From Obrimoposthia wandeli (Eukaryota): a DNA stretch of 64,000 nt. Below, piece by piece: positions 40,191-50,237 of the stretch (position 1 is the first letter of the stretch; the number at the start of each line of letters is the position of its first letter). The position numbers were made by a program, and so were the translations under genes. The DNA is taken from assembly GCA_977020255.1 (NCBI GenBank), contig CDROCS010003917.1, positions 62,001 through 126,000 of the forward strand. The letters are read 5' to 3'. Under the pieces are notes generated by a model. It worked only from the letters and a program-made list of their open reading frames with translations, was not told the DNA's origin and did no database searches.

Positions 40191-42146
40191 ATGAAAAAAA
40201 CAAAGCGCTTAGGTATTCGCGTACGTTTGTTTATGGTATTTGGGGTGTTAAGTGCCCTTACGATATCAGCGAGTATAGTAGGTTGGGTTTCTTATAATCG
40301 ACTTGGAAGTGAGCTAAATCGTTTAGCTGAAGAAAATATTTCTACTTTAGGATTGATGGCGGATCTAAAAGAGCGCGGCACCACTATTACTATTTTAGCA
40401 CCTACGTTGCTCGCCGCTATTAATGAGCAAACACGGGTGAAAATTGGCCGCCAATTGAACTTTAATATCTCTACTATGAGGAAGCTTTTGCCGAGCCTAA
40501 CCGAGCTGACTCAAAATGATCAAGTGATATCTAAAGCGCACTTAACTGCGCAAATTGATCGATTACAAGGCACCATGCAAAAGCTAGATGACAACGTATC
40601 TCGCCGCCTAGGCGTACAGGGGAAAAAGCTATCTGATAACCAACGCTTGCGGTGGGCAGCAACCGTTTTTCTCAATGATATTGATGCGTTGCTAGAAGTG
40701 GTACATCACAAGTTGTATGGGCGTTTTGATCAGAAGTTGCCGGTGCAAGGGATCAACTGGAGCAACGTTGACAAAAGTATCGTCAGTGCACTTAGCGCAG
40801 ATATACAAGCACTGTATCGAATCAAAGCGGATGTTAACTTACTGATAAACTTGGTGGATCGCGCCCAGTATTTACCCGATTTAAATTCATTAGTGGCCAT
40901 TAATATTCACTCTGGCGAAGTGGTGCAGCGCATCATGTCTGATTTGGCGTTAATTGATAATGTTTCAGGCATTACTTCAGGGGTTAGAGCTTTAAAACAA
41001 ACTATCTTAAGCATTGTTAGCCTCACCCAAGGTGACAGTAATATTTTTAGCTTGCGTCGTGAAGAGCGTAAAACGATCGCTTTTGGTGAGCAATTGCTGA
41101 CGCAAGTACACAGTGATTTAGTTGCCTTTAACCAGCTGGTGGGCGCTGAAGTTAATTTAGTGGAACTGGCGGCGAAAACGTCTGTAAAAAATGCGCGTGA
41201 AACGATTAAAAGCGGGCGTATTTGGCTGGTCGCGATGGTGGGTATTAGTTTGCTGTTTTCAGGATTAATCATTTGGCTATATGTTGGGCGAAATATGGTG
41301 GCGCGTATAACTCAGCTCGATAGCAGTATGCGCTCTATTGCCAATGGTAATTTAAATCAACAAGTGCCAGTCAAAGGGCGAGATGAAATTGGCGCGATGG
41401 CACGATCGCTAGTGAGTTTTCGCGATCAATTATCGACGTTACAAGAAGAGTTAGTACAAGCGGGAAAATTAGCCGCGCTTGGCCAGCTGTCTGCAGGTAT
41501 TGCTCATGAGATTAACCAGCCTTTATCAGCTATTGGCCACTATGCACATAACGGTTTACGTTTAAACGATGCACAGCGTTATAGTGAAACTTCAGATAAC
41601 TTGCGCCAAATATCGAGTTTAACTAAACGTGCTACCACGATAATTACGCGTTTAAAATCGATGGGGCGCGAACAATCGTCGGCGTTGGTTATCGTTGATT
41701 TAAGTACTGTTATCAATAATGTGTTGGCAATGTTAGAAGGCGATAAAGTACGCCAAGTAACCGACATTGAAGTGGAACTTGCAGCAGGTGACATTCAAGT
41801 AATGGCAGAGCCTATTCAACTAGAACAAGTGGTACTGAACTTAGTGACCAATGCTTTAGACGCAGTGGCTGAAAGGGAGCAAAAATGGATAAAAATTAGC
41901 GCAGTGACCGTTAATGATAGTATAGAAATTTATATAGCAGATAGCGGAGTAGGGATTGATGAACAATCAAGAAAACAGATTTTCGACCCATTTTTTACCA
42001 CCAAAAGACGCAGCCAGAATTTAGGTTTAGGTCTTTCTATTTCGTTTAATATCATCCAAAATTTTGGTGGGAAGTTGAGTTTGAACACCCCAGCACAAGG
42101 TGGTGCTTGTTTTTGTATTGCGCTACCTAAAAGAGGCAAGTTATGA
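40191..42146 (+). CDS. Sensor histidine kinase (DctB/NtrB-type transmitter, large helical periplasmic domain, HAMP)
   Basis: Two TM segments, HAMP (GRDEIG), AHEINQPL, N box LVTNALDA, DSGVG, FDPFFTTK, GLGLGL. Confidence 0.92.
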   Translation: MKKTKRLGIRVRLFMVFGVLSALTISASIVGWVSYNRLGSELNRLAEENISTLGLMADLKERGTTITILAPTLLAAINEQTRVKIGRQLNFNISTMRKLLPSLTELTQNDQVISKAHLTAQIDRLQGTMQKLDDNVSRRLGVQGKKLSDNQRLRWAATVFLNDIDALLEVVHHKLYGRFDQKLPVQGINWSNVDKSIVSALSADIQALYRIKADVNLLINLVDRAQYLPDLNSLVAINIHSGEVVQRIMSDLALIDNVSGITSGVRALKQTILSIVSLTQGDSNIFSLRREERKTIAFGEQLLTQVHSDLVAFNQLVGAEVNLVELAAKTSVKNARETIKSGRIWLVAMVGISLLFSGLIIWLYVGRNMVARITQLDSSMRSIANGNLNQQVPVKGRDEIGAMARSLVSFRDQLSTLQEELVQAGKLAALGQLSAGIAHEINQPLSAIGHYAHNGLRLNDAQRYSETSDNLRQISSLTKRATTIITRLKSMGREQSSALVIVDLSTVINNVLAMLEGDKVRQVTDIEVELAAGDIQVMAEPIQLEQVVLNLVTNALDAVAEREQKWIKISAVTVNDSIEIYIADSGVGIDEQSRKQIFDPFFTTKRRSQNLGLGLSISFNIIQNFGGKLSLNTPAQGGACFCIALPKRGKL

Positions 42147-43528
42147 GTACTGATATGGTCATTGTGATTGATGACGAAGAAATTGTGCGCCAATTCATGC
42201 TACAAACCTTACAGATAGAAGGGTATAACGCACAGGCATTTGAGGATCCATTATTGGCTCTGGCACAGTGTTCTAAAACTTGGCAAGGCGTGGTGATTTG
42301 TGACGTGCGGATGAACTTGATGGATGGTTTAGAAGTGCTGCGCAAAGTGATGGAAATAGATACTGAAATCCCGGTCATTATGTTTAGCGCTCACGCAGAT
42401 ATTGCGGTGGCTATTCAGGCAATTCGTATGGGCGCTTATGATTTTTTAGAGAAAACAGATGACCCACAGCACCATTTGAATACAGTACAGCGTGCGTGGA
42501 AAAAACGGCAGCTGGTGCTAGATAATCGTAATTTGCGCCAGGCAATTGAAGGTCAGCATGAAATAGACAAGCGTTTAGTTGGGCAAAGTGTGGTGATGCA
42601 GCGCTTGCGTGAAATGGTGTTACAGTTGGCGCAAGTAGATGTTGATGCGGTGATCAATGGAGCAACTGGCACCGGTAAAGAAGTAGTTGCTAAATGTTTG
42701 CATGACTTTAGTGATCGTGCAAAAAAGCCGTTTGTGGCGCTTAATTGTGGCGCGCTGGCAGAATCGGTGATTGAAAGTGAGCTGTTTGGCCATGAGGCAG
42801 GCGCTTTTACAGGCGCTGTAAAAAAGCGCATTGGCAAAATTGAGTATGCCAGCGGCGGTACGTTATTTTTAGATGAAATAGAAAGTATGCCACCATCGCT
42901 ACAGGTAAGGTTGTTGCGGGTGTTACAAGAGAGAACGCTGCAACGTCTTGGCGGAAATCAAGAAATCGCGATTGACATCCGAGTGATAGCAGCCTCTAAA
43001 GTAGATTTACTGGCGGCAGCTAACAAAGGTGATTTTAGAGAAGATTTGTATTATCGGCTCAATGTTGCCTGTATAGAAATCCCTACTTTAGAGCAACGCA
43101 AAGAAGATATCGCACTGTTGTTTAATCACTTTTTGGAGCTCGCTTGTTTGCGTTTCGCCCGTGAACATCGTGCTATTTCTCACTCGCAGTTGCAGCAACT
43201 AAGCCTTAAACGTTGGCCTGGCAATGTACGTGAATTGCGCAATGCTGCTGAGCGCTGGGTTTTAGGGTTACCTCTAGAGATAGAAATGGTGAATGCTGCT
43301 GAATATCAAACTATTGAAGAAGGTTTAAATGAAGAGCTGGATGCAGGTTTTGATGAAGGGCTAGACGAGAGCATTGATCGTTTTGAGCGTGATGTAATAA
43401 TAAGAACGCTAAAAAGCTGTGAAGGGCATATAGAGCAAAGTGCACAAGCACTTAAAATTCCACGTAAAAAATTGTACTTAAGAATGAAGAAACACGGCTT
43501 AGAACGACAGCACTATATGATCGAATGA
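42143..43528 (+). CDS. dctD: sigma54-dependent response regulator (DctD-like)
   Basis: Receiver domain (CDVRM), GATGTGKE, GAFTGA, LFLDEIESM, WPGNVRELRN, HTH; 4-bp overlap with the kinase. Confidence 0.88.
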   Translation: MSTDMVIVIDDEEIVRQFMLQTLQIEGYNAQAFEDPLLALAQCSKTWQGVVICDVRMNLMDGLEVLRKVMEIDTEIPVIMFSAHADIAVAIQAIRMGAYDFLEKTDDPQHHLNTVQRAWKKRQLVLDNRNLRQAIEGQHEIDKRLVGQSVVMQRLREMVLQLAQVDVDAVINGATGTGKEVVAKCLHDFSDRAKKPFVALNCGALAESVIESELFGHEAGAFTGAVKKRIGKIEYASGGTLFLDEIESMPPSLQVRLLRVLQERTLQRLGGNQEIAIDIRVIAASKVDLLAAANKGDFREDLYYRLNVACIEIPTLEQRKEDIALLFNHFLELACLRFAREHRAISHSQLQQLSLKRWPGNVRELRNAAERWVLGLPLEIEMVNAAEYQTIEEGLNEELDAGFDEGLDESIDRFERDVIIRTLKSCEGHIEQSAQALKIPRKKLYLRMKKHGLERQHYMIE

Positions 43529-43647
43529 GTCAAAAGTGACATGTATCGGTAGGTTTACTATGTCAAGTTTGACTTGTGGTATAAATTTTATTTTGTCCTG
43601 TTTTTATAAGTTATTGTTTGTTATATGATATTTTCGGTTTAAGTTAT

Positions 43648-43664
43648 TGGCCTGCAAGTTGCTA
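43648..43664 (+). promoter_or_regulatory. sigma54 promoter of the TRAP operon
   Basis: tggcctgcaagttgcta (GG-N10-GC); upstream palindromes gtcaaaagtgac (43529-43540) and gtcaagtttgac (43562-43573) are candidate activator sites. Confidence 0.75.
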
Positions 43665-43723
43665 TAGTAAAGATAGCTAATGCCTTTGGTATCGCTATAC
43701 GACTATTTCTTGGAGGAAAAATA

Positions 43724-44716
43724 ATGACAATATCATTTAAAAAAGCGTCAACTTTATGTGCATCACTATTCGCTATTACATTGGCGAGCAGCAGCAATGT
43801 ATTGGCAGAAGATCGTTGGGATATGCCACTTCCCTACGGCGATGGAACTCATCAAACACAAGTAGCGCGCAGCTTTGCTGAAGAAGTAAATGCTAACTCA
43901 AAGGGTAAACTAACGATTAAAGTTCACTCTGGTGGATCTTTAATTAAGCACCCTGAAATACACCGTGCTGTAAAATCTCGCCAAGTACAAATAGGCGAAG
44001 TGTTTATTGGCCGTTTAGGTAACAATGATCCGGTATTCAAGCTTGATAATATTCCTTTTCTAGCAACTGATTTTGACAGTGCTGAAAAGTTATACGCCGC
44101 TTCAAAGCCAGCACTTGAAAAAGCATTGAGCAAAGATAAGCTAAAACTACTTTATACATCACCTTGGCCTGCACAAGATTTGTATTCAAACAAGCCTGTT
44201 GAGAGCCTAGCCGATATTAAAGGTTTGAAAATGCGTTCTTACAGCCCAACCACTTCACGTCTTGCTGATTTGATGGGTACTACGCCAGTTAACATTCCCT
44301 TTAGCGATGTTGCGCAAGCATTCACGACTAATGCTATTGATGCGATGATCACTTCACCAAGCACAGGTGTTAACAGCCAGAGCTGGGATTACATCTCTCA
44401 CTTCACAACAGTGCATGCTTGGATCCCTAAGAACATGTTGTTTGTTAACCAAAAAGTGTTTGATCGTTTAGATGCTGATACACAACAAGTGATTATTACA
44501 GCTGCTGCCAATGCTGAGAAGAAAGGCTGGGCACTAGGACGTAAATTAGCGGTAGAGCACACTGATACGCTTAAAGCTAATGGCATGATAGTGGCAGAAC
44601 CTTCTGCTAAGTTACAAAGTGAAATGCAAGCGATTGGTAAAACCATGGTCGCTGAATGGTTAAAAGAAGCAGGCGCTGAAGGCCAAGCAATTATCGATCA
44701 GTTCAAAGCTATGTAA
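43724..44716 (+). CDS. dctP: TRAP transporter solute-binding protein
   Basis: Signal peptide, WDMPLPY, GLKMRSY; RBS ggagg. Confidence 0.92.
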   Translation: MTISFKKASTLCASLFAITLASSSNVLAEDRWDMPLPYGDGTHQTQVARSFAEEVNANSKGKLTIKVHSGGSLIKHPEIHRAVKSRQVQIGEVFIGRLGNNDPVFKLDNIPFLATDFDSAEKLYAASKPALEKALSKDKLKLLYTSPWPAQDLYSNKPVESLADIKGLKMRSYSPTTSRLADLMGTTPVNIPFSDVAQAFTTNAIDAMITSPSTGVNSQSWDYISHFTTVHAWIPKNMLFVNQKVFDRLDADTQQVIITAAANAEKKGWALGRKLAVEHTDTLKANGMIVAEPSAKLQSEMQAIGKTMVAEWLKEAGAEGQAIIDQFKAM

Positions 44717-44768
44717 ACTTTTTAATGGATGAGAGAAATGCGCTCTCATCTAAAGAACGTTGATACAT

Positions 44769-44797
44769 AGGCAGGTCTCACTTTTGAGGTCTGCCTA
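44769..44797 (+). terminator. Intercistronic stem-loop after dctP
   Basis: aggcaggtctc...gaggtctgcct; second hairpin gatgagag...ctctcatc at 44728-44750. Confidence 0.5.
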
Positions 44798-44830
44798 AGT
44801 TGTTAAATCGAACGATTTGAGACATTTATA

Positions 44831-45346
44831 ATGCAAACGATCAGACACTACTTTTATATGGCTTCGCTATTTTTATCTGGTAGCTGCTTAGTTATCATGA
44901 CGTTGCTAATTCTGGCACAGATAATAGCGCGCTTACTGGGCATAATTATACCCTCGTCAGAAGATTTTGCTGGCTGGTTGTTGTCTGCCACAGTGTTCTT
45001 CGGCCTCGCTTATACCTTTAACAGCGGTGGTCATATTCGCGTCACCATATTATTAACGCGGTTGCCAAGCTTTAGTCGACGTTGGTTAGAATTATTTAAT
45101 TTAGTCGCTGCAGTGCTGATCAGCGGTTACTTAATGTTTTACACAAGCTATACCGTTTATGACTCTTTTAGTTATGAAGAGGTAACAGATACGTATTTAG
45201 TGATGCCGCTGTGGATAGTACAAACGCCAATGGCTTTAGGTTCTCTGTTTTTATTTATAGCAGTACTTGATAACTTCGCCACTGCATTGTGCGGGAAAAT
45301 GCCTGGATTTATGGCACAAGAAGAACAAATGAACGCGTCGGAGTAG
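44831..45346 (+). CDS. dctQ: TRAP small permease
   Basis: Four TM segments, GGHIRV motif. Confidence 0.9.
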   Translation: MQTIRHYFYMASLFLSGSCLVIMTLLILAQIIARLLGIIIPSSEDFAGWLLSATVFFGLAYTFNSGGHIRVTILLTRLPSFSRRWLELFNLVAAVLISGYLMFYTSYTVYDSFSYEEVTDTYLVMPLWIVQTPMALGSLFLFIAVLDNFATALCGKMPGFMAQEEQMNASE

Positions 45347-45349
45347 CAG

Positions 45350-46654
45350 ATGGATATTAGTTTAATAGGCATTATTTTATTTGTCAGCATGATTCTTATG
45401 CTGACTAGCGGCATTTGGGTCGCTTTTACGTTAACCGGAATCGCGATTCTTGGACTTAGTTTAATTGGCAACACTAGCATTGGACTGTTGTTAGGCACCT
45501 CTTCATGGAGCGCCATGACTAGCTGGTCGTTAACGGCGTTACCGCTATTTATCTGGATGGGTGAAATTCTATTTCGAACCCGTTTATCACAAGATTTGTT
45601 TGAAGGTTTAGCACCACTTCTGTCTAAGTTGCCGGGAAAATTGTTACACGTTAATATTTTAAGCTGCGGTATTTTCGCAGCGGTTTCGGGTTCATCAGCA
45701 GCAACTGCTGCAACAATAGGGCGCATGACATTACCGGAACTTAAAAAACGTGGTTACGATGATTTAATGTCCATTGGTACTTTGGCAGGTTCGGGCACTT
45801 TAGGGTTATTAATTCCACCTTCTATTATCTTGATTGTATATGGCGTTTCAGCTGAAGTTTCTATCGCGCGATTATTCCTAGCAGGCGCTTTGCCAGGTTT
45901 AGTGTTGATCATCCTGTTTATGAGCTACACCATTGGCTGGTCTTTATTTAAAGGCAAGCCGATCAAAGACACTGAAGAAATTAAATACAGTACGACAGAT
46001 AAAATAAAAGCATTGAGAAAGTTAATTCCGATTGTACTGTTAATCGGTGGGGTACTAGGATCAATTTACCAAGGTGTGGCAACGCCAACAGAAGCAGCAG
46101 CCTTTGGCGTTTCAGGTTCGTTGTTATTATCAGCAGTATTAGGAAGCTTTAGCATAAAAGGTTTTCTCGATAGCATCGTAGGGGCGGTTAAAAACTCTTG
46201 CATGCTAGGTTTGATTTTAATTGGTGCTCACTTTTTGACTTTGGCAATGGGCTTTATCGGTATACCTAATACGCTGGCAGAATGGATAGCGTCATTAGGG
46301 TTATCACCCATTGAATTGATCATCTATTTAACTGTGTTTTTTGTGGTATTAGGTTGTTTCCTTGATGGAATATCAGTGATAGTGCTAACAACTTCGGTGG
46401 TTTTACCGATGGTTACGCAGGCAAATATTGATCTAATATGGTTCGGTATTTTCTTAGTGTTAGTGGTTGAAATGTCGCAAATAACGCCACCAGTAGGCTT
46501 TAACCTATTTGTGATACAAGCACTGACAGGCAAGAATATTTTATATGTTGCCAAAGCTGCGTTGCCATTTTTCTTTATGATAGCCTTTGCAATTGTGCTG
46601 ATCACGCTATACCCACAAATCGTCTTATACCTGCCAACGCTAATGAGTTCATAA
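45350..46654 (+). CDS. dctM: TRAP large permease
   Basis: ALPLFIWMG, SGSSAAT, GLLIPPS, ITPPVGFNLF. Confidence 0.93.
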   Translation: MDISLIGIILFVSMILMLTSGIWVAFTLTGIAILGLSLIGNTSIGLLLGTSSWSAMTSWSLTALPLFIWMGEILFRTRLSQDLFEGLAPLLSKLPGKLLHVNILSCGIFAAVSGSSAATAATIGRMTLPELKKRGYDDLMSIGTLAGSGTLGLLIPPSIILIVYGVSAEVSIARLFLAGALPGLVLIILFMSYTIGWSLFKGKPIKDTEEIKYSTTDKIKALRKLIPIVLLIGGVLGSIYQGVATPTEAAAFGVSGSLLLSAVLGSFSIKGFLDSIVGAVKNSCMLGLILIGAHFLTLAMGFIGIPNTLAEWIASLGLSPIELIIYLTVFFVVLGCFLDGISVIVLTTSVVLPMVTQANIDLIWFGIFLVLVVEMSQITPPVGFNLFVIQALTGKNILYVAKAALPFFFMIAFAIVLITLYPQIVLYLPTLMSS

Positions 46655-46723
46655 AGAAGTTGTAGCTAGGCGGTGAAATAGTAGATACTCTGATTTCAAA
46701 TTTGAATTCAGAGTGTTTCATTC

Positions 46724-47794
46724 GTGTTTCGCATTATCAGCTCAAGACTAAACCTAAATACCAAACTGTTGATGTGTGTATTACTGTTGTGCAGTTTTCA
46801 GTTACAAGCCAGTGATACTATTATCATTAAAGCGGTGGGCACTTGGGAATATTTCACTAACTTTCAAAAACACGAAAGACCATTTTGGAATAAGCGTATT
46901 GCGAAGGTCACTGGCAATAGTATTGTCGGGGAAATTAAACCGCATACTCAACTAGATTTGCGCGGTACCGAAATCATGCGCTTAGTGAAAAATGGGGTGT
47001 TCGATTTTGCCTTTGGCATGTCGGGTTATGTAGACCCTGAAAGCGCTATTTTTGAAGGCGCTGATCTTTCCTCGCTAGTGCAAGATATTAAAGTACAACG
47101 CAAAGTTGCCAATGCATACTTTCCTACCTTAGAGCGTGCTTTTGAAGAAAAGTACAATGCTAAACTGATGCTGCTTTATCCTTTCCCCAGCCAAATGATT
47201 TGGTGCAAACAAAAGATAGCTAACATTAAAGATTTGCAAGGTAAGCGTATTCGCGTTTACTTAACTACCTTAAGTGATTTTGTAGAAAGTGTGGGCGCGA
47301 TTCCAGTGAGCGCACCTTTTAGTGATGTGCCTAAAGCCTTGGCTGAAGGTAATATTGACTGTGCAATTACGGGAACTATGTCAGCTTATACTAGCAAACT
47401 GTATAGTGTCACTAACTACGGATTTACCTTAAGGGTGGGTTGGGGCTTAGCCTTTGGTGCTATGAACTTAGATAAGTGGCAGTTATTAAACCCAGAGCAA
47501 AAAGATATTTTACTCAGTGAAGTGGCAACACTAAGTGATAATATGTGGCAGGAAACGACCACAGAAGATGCGATCGCTTTAGCATGCCTTGCAAACGGGC
47601 CGTGTCAGTTAGGCGAAGTTGGAAACATGCAATTGGTGGAGCCATCAGCCCAGGACTTGGTGGTGCGTGATAAGATAGCCCAAGAAGTTATTTTACCGCG
47701 TTGGGCTAAACGCTGCGGCCCAGAGTGCGCCGCTAACTGGAATAGAACAGTCGGAAAAATATTACATAAGAGAGCACAAGCTACATTCGAATAA
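46724..47794 (+). CDS. Second TRAP solute-binding protein (start may be 46772)
   Basis: Signal-peptide-like N-terminus, DLQGKRIRV, ALAEGNIDCAITG. Confidence 0.85.
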   Translation: MFRIISSRLNLNTKLLMCVLLLCSFQLQASDTIIIKAVGTWEYFTNFQKHERPFWNKRIAKVTGNSIVGEIKPHTQLDLRGTEIMRLVKNGVFDFAFGMSGYVDPESAIFEGADLSSLVQDIKVQRKVANAYFPTLERAFEEKYNAKLMLLYPFPSQMIWCKQKIANIKDLQGKRIRVYLTTLSDFVESVGAIPVSAPFSDVPKALAEGNIDCAITGTMSAYTSKLYSVTNYGFTLRVGWGLAFGAMNLDKWQLLNPEQKDILLSEVATLSDNMWQETTTEDAIALACLANGPCQLGEVGNMQLVEPSAQDLVVRDKIAQEVILPRWAKRCGPECAANWNRTVGKILHKRAQATFE

Positions 47795-47800
47795 TGAACT

Positions 47801-47849
47801 TTGTAGCTTGTAGCTTGTAGCTTGTAGCTTGTAGCTTGTAGCTTGTAGC
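47801..47849. repeat. Heptanucleotide microsatellite (TTGTAGC)x7
   Basis: Directly counted; complementary to acaagctaca at 47776-47785. Confidence 0.97.
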
Positions 47850-47856
47850 TTTAAAT

Positions 47857-49350
47857 TTATTTTTTTATCACGCTTTTTATCGTATTCCCCGCGCCTTTTG
47901 GTGAGGCTAATTTTCGATGGTGCTCTTCAATAAGGTCTAGTTTATTTTGGATAACAGCATCACTAGGGCAACTCTTGCCTAAATTCAAATCTATATGTAG
48001 CAGCATGTGTTCACCAGTTGCTAGTAATACATTCGTTTCAGGTTGGTATAGGCTGTGAAAGAGATGTAGTTTTTTACTGTCATGGCTCATTAGCTGTGTT
48101 TTAACCGCTAATGGCTCGTTTAATTTCACTTCATCTAAGTGCCTAATGTGCGTTTCTACAGTGAAATAGCTCTTGCCGTCTTCAATGTAAGCTTCATCGG
48201 CACCAATAAATGACATGAAGTTATCAGTGGATAAACTCATTACCTGCAAATAGTTTGACTCATTCATATGACCGTTATAATCGATCCATGCAGGCAATAC
48301 TTTACCTTTATACATTGGCAATGCAGCGCTGAAATCTGTAAGTGCCTCTGCTGTAGGTGTTTGGCTTAATAAGCGTTGATCATGCTCTTTAAGCATTTCA
48401 CCCACGCCCCAATTGGCATCTTTTTGCACGCGCATAATGCCGACTAAGTTATCATCGCGAATACGTTCTAATTCACGAATAGTGTGCTTGCCAGATTGCT
48501 GATCGGATTGGTCTGCAATTTTTTTAATTAGCTCTTCAGTGAGTTCTGGAACATCCATTAGCTTGGTCCAAGGCCAAGCTAATGCAGGTCCAAATTGAGC
48601 GATGAAGTGTGCCATACCTGCTTCACCACCGGCAATACGGTAAGTTTCAAACAAACCCATCTGTGCCCAACGCAAACCAAAGCCAAAGCGAATCGCATCA
48701 TCAATTTCTTCGGTGGTTGCGATATCGTCTTTAATCAGCCATAACCCTTCGCGCCAAACCGCTTCAAGTAAACGGTCGGCAATATGCGCATCAATTTCTT
48801 TGCGCACTAACAAAGGCTTCATACCGATACTGACAAGAATTTGTTGGGCTCTAGCTATGATTGAATCGTTCGCAGTAAGATGACTAAACTCGTCACTGGG
48901 TACTAGTTCAACCAAAGGTAATAGGTACACAGGATTAAAAGGGTGTGCGACTAAAATTTGCGCGGGGTTAGTGGAGCCCTGTTGTAATTCGCTCGGCTTA
49001 AAGCCTGAAGTGGATGAGCCAATAACGGCTTTTTCACTGCAACTTGCTTGAATTTGAGCAAACACTTTCTGTTTTAAGTCTAGCCTTTCAGGGACGCTTT
49101 CTTGAATCCACTGCGCTTCGCTAACCGCCATTTCTAAAGAGTCACAATAAATGAGCTTACCTTCAGCGGGCATGGCTACATCTGCTAGTGCAGGTAGTGA
49201 GTGTCTGGCGTTGCTTAATACTTCGCTGATTTTACGTTGTGCATCGGGTGCTGGATCAAATACATTAACATCCCAGCCGTGCAATAGGAATCTTGCTACC
49301 CAACCGCCGCCAATAACACCGCCGCCAATACATGCTGCAATTTTTTTCAT
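47857..49350 (-). CDS. lcdH: L-carnitine 3-dehydrogenase fused to a thioesterase (CdhA+CdhB-like)
   Basis: GGGVIGGGW, QESVPERL, HPFNPVYL, GLRWAQMGLFETY; C-terminal WIDYNGHMNE thioesterase. Confidence 0.88.
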   Translation of the reverse strand: MKKIAACIGGGVIGGGWVARFLLHGWDVNVFDPAPDAQRKISEVLSNARHSLPALADVAMPAEGKLIYCDSLEMAVSEAQWIQESVPERLDLKQKVFAQIQASCSEKAVIGSSTSGFKPSELQQGSTNPAQILVAHPFNPVYLLPLVELVPSDEFSHLTANDSIIARAQQILVSIGMKPLLVRKEIDAHIADRLLEAVWREGLWLIKDDIATTEEIDDAIRFGFGLRWAQMGLFETYRIAGGEAGMAHFIAQFGPALAWPWTKLMDVPELTEELIKKIADQSDQQSGKHTIRELERIRDDNLVGIMRVQKDANWGVGEMLKEHDQRLLSQTPTAEALTDFSAALPMYKGKVLPAWIDYNGHMNESNYLQVMSLSTDNFMSFIGADEAYIEDGKSYFTVETHIRHLDEVKLNEPLAVKTQLMSHDSKKLHLFHSLYQPETNVLLATGEHMLLHIDLNLGKSCPSDAVIQNKLDLIEEHHRKLASPKGAGNTIKSVIKK

Positions 49351-49439
49351 TTCATTTTATCTCTGTTATAAAACCCAAGCAGTGAGCTGTTTAGGTGGAA
49401 TTTACTATTAATTTTGTTTTCAGGTTTCAGATTGTTGAT

Positions 49440-50201
49440 TTAAGGCGCTAGTGTTTCAGTGTGTCCATCAATACTAAGTGCTTGGCCAGAAATTTTATCC
49501 CCGGCACTGGAGGCTAAAAAAATCGCCATATTGGCAATATCTTCAGCTTTTACCCAAGTGCGCATAGAAACCCCGCGCACATAAAAATCGCGTACTTGTT
49601 GTTCTTCTAATGATTTCGCTTGCGCTTCATTTGCAATCACTTGATCCATGCGCTCGCCTTCAACAGCACCTGGGCATAATGCGTTAACCCGAATATTAAA
49701 TTCACCTAGCTCCATCGCTAATGTTTTCATCAAGCCAATAATGCCCCATTTAGCGGTGGCATAAGGGCTGCGATAAGGATAACCCATCAATCCAGCAGTA
49801 GAAGACGTGAGTATTAATAGGCCACTGCGCTGTGCTTTAAAACATTTAGCCGCTTCTTTTGCGGCTAAAAAAGCACCATCTAAATTAACATCCAAACAGC
49901 GTTTCCAATCGCTTAACTGCAAAGTGTCTATAGCGCCAGCAGGACCTGCTATTCCGGCATTAGCACATACCACATCAAGGCTGTGCCACTGAGCTAGCAG
50001 CTTATCAAACACCGTTTTCATTTGTAATTCATCAGTGACATCTGCAGTAAAGCATATAGCATTAGGCTGCTGCTTTTGAAAGGCGGCAATAGCTTTTGCA
50101 TCCACATCAACCACAGCGACTTTATCACCGCGGTCAATGAATGCGTTTGCCATTGCAGCGCCAATGCCACTAGCACCAGCGGTAATTAGTACTTTTTGCA
50201 T
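49440..50201 (-). CDS. SDR oxidoreductase
   Basis: TAGASGIG, ANAG, YATAKWG (YxxxK), VNALCPG. Confidence 0.92.
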   Translation of the reverse strand: MQKVLITAGASGIGAAMANAFIDRGDKVAVVDVDAKAIAAFQKQQPNAICFTADVTDELQMKTVFDKLLAQWHSLDVVCANAGIAGPAGAIDTLQLSDWKRCLDVNLDGAFLAAKEAAKCFKAQRSGLLILTSSTAGLMGYPYRSPYATAKWGIIGLMKTLAMELGEFNIRVNALCPGAVEGERMDQVIANEAQAKSLEEQQVRDFYVRGVSMRTWVKAEDIANMAIFLASSAGDKISGQALSIDGHTETLAP

Positions 50202-50237
50202 GCGATTTCTCAATAGTAACTATTTTATCTAGTTATT

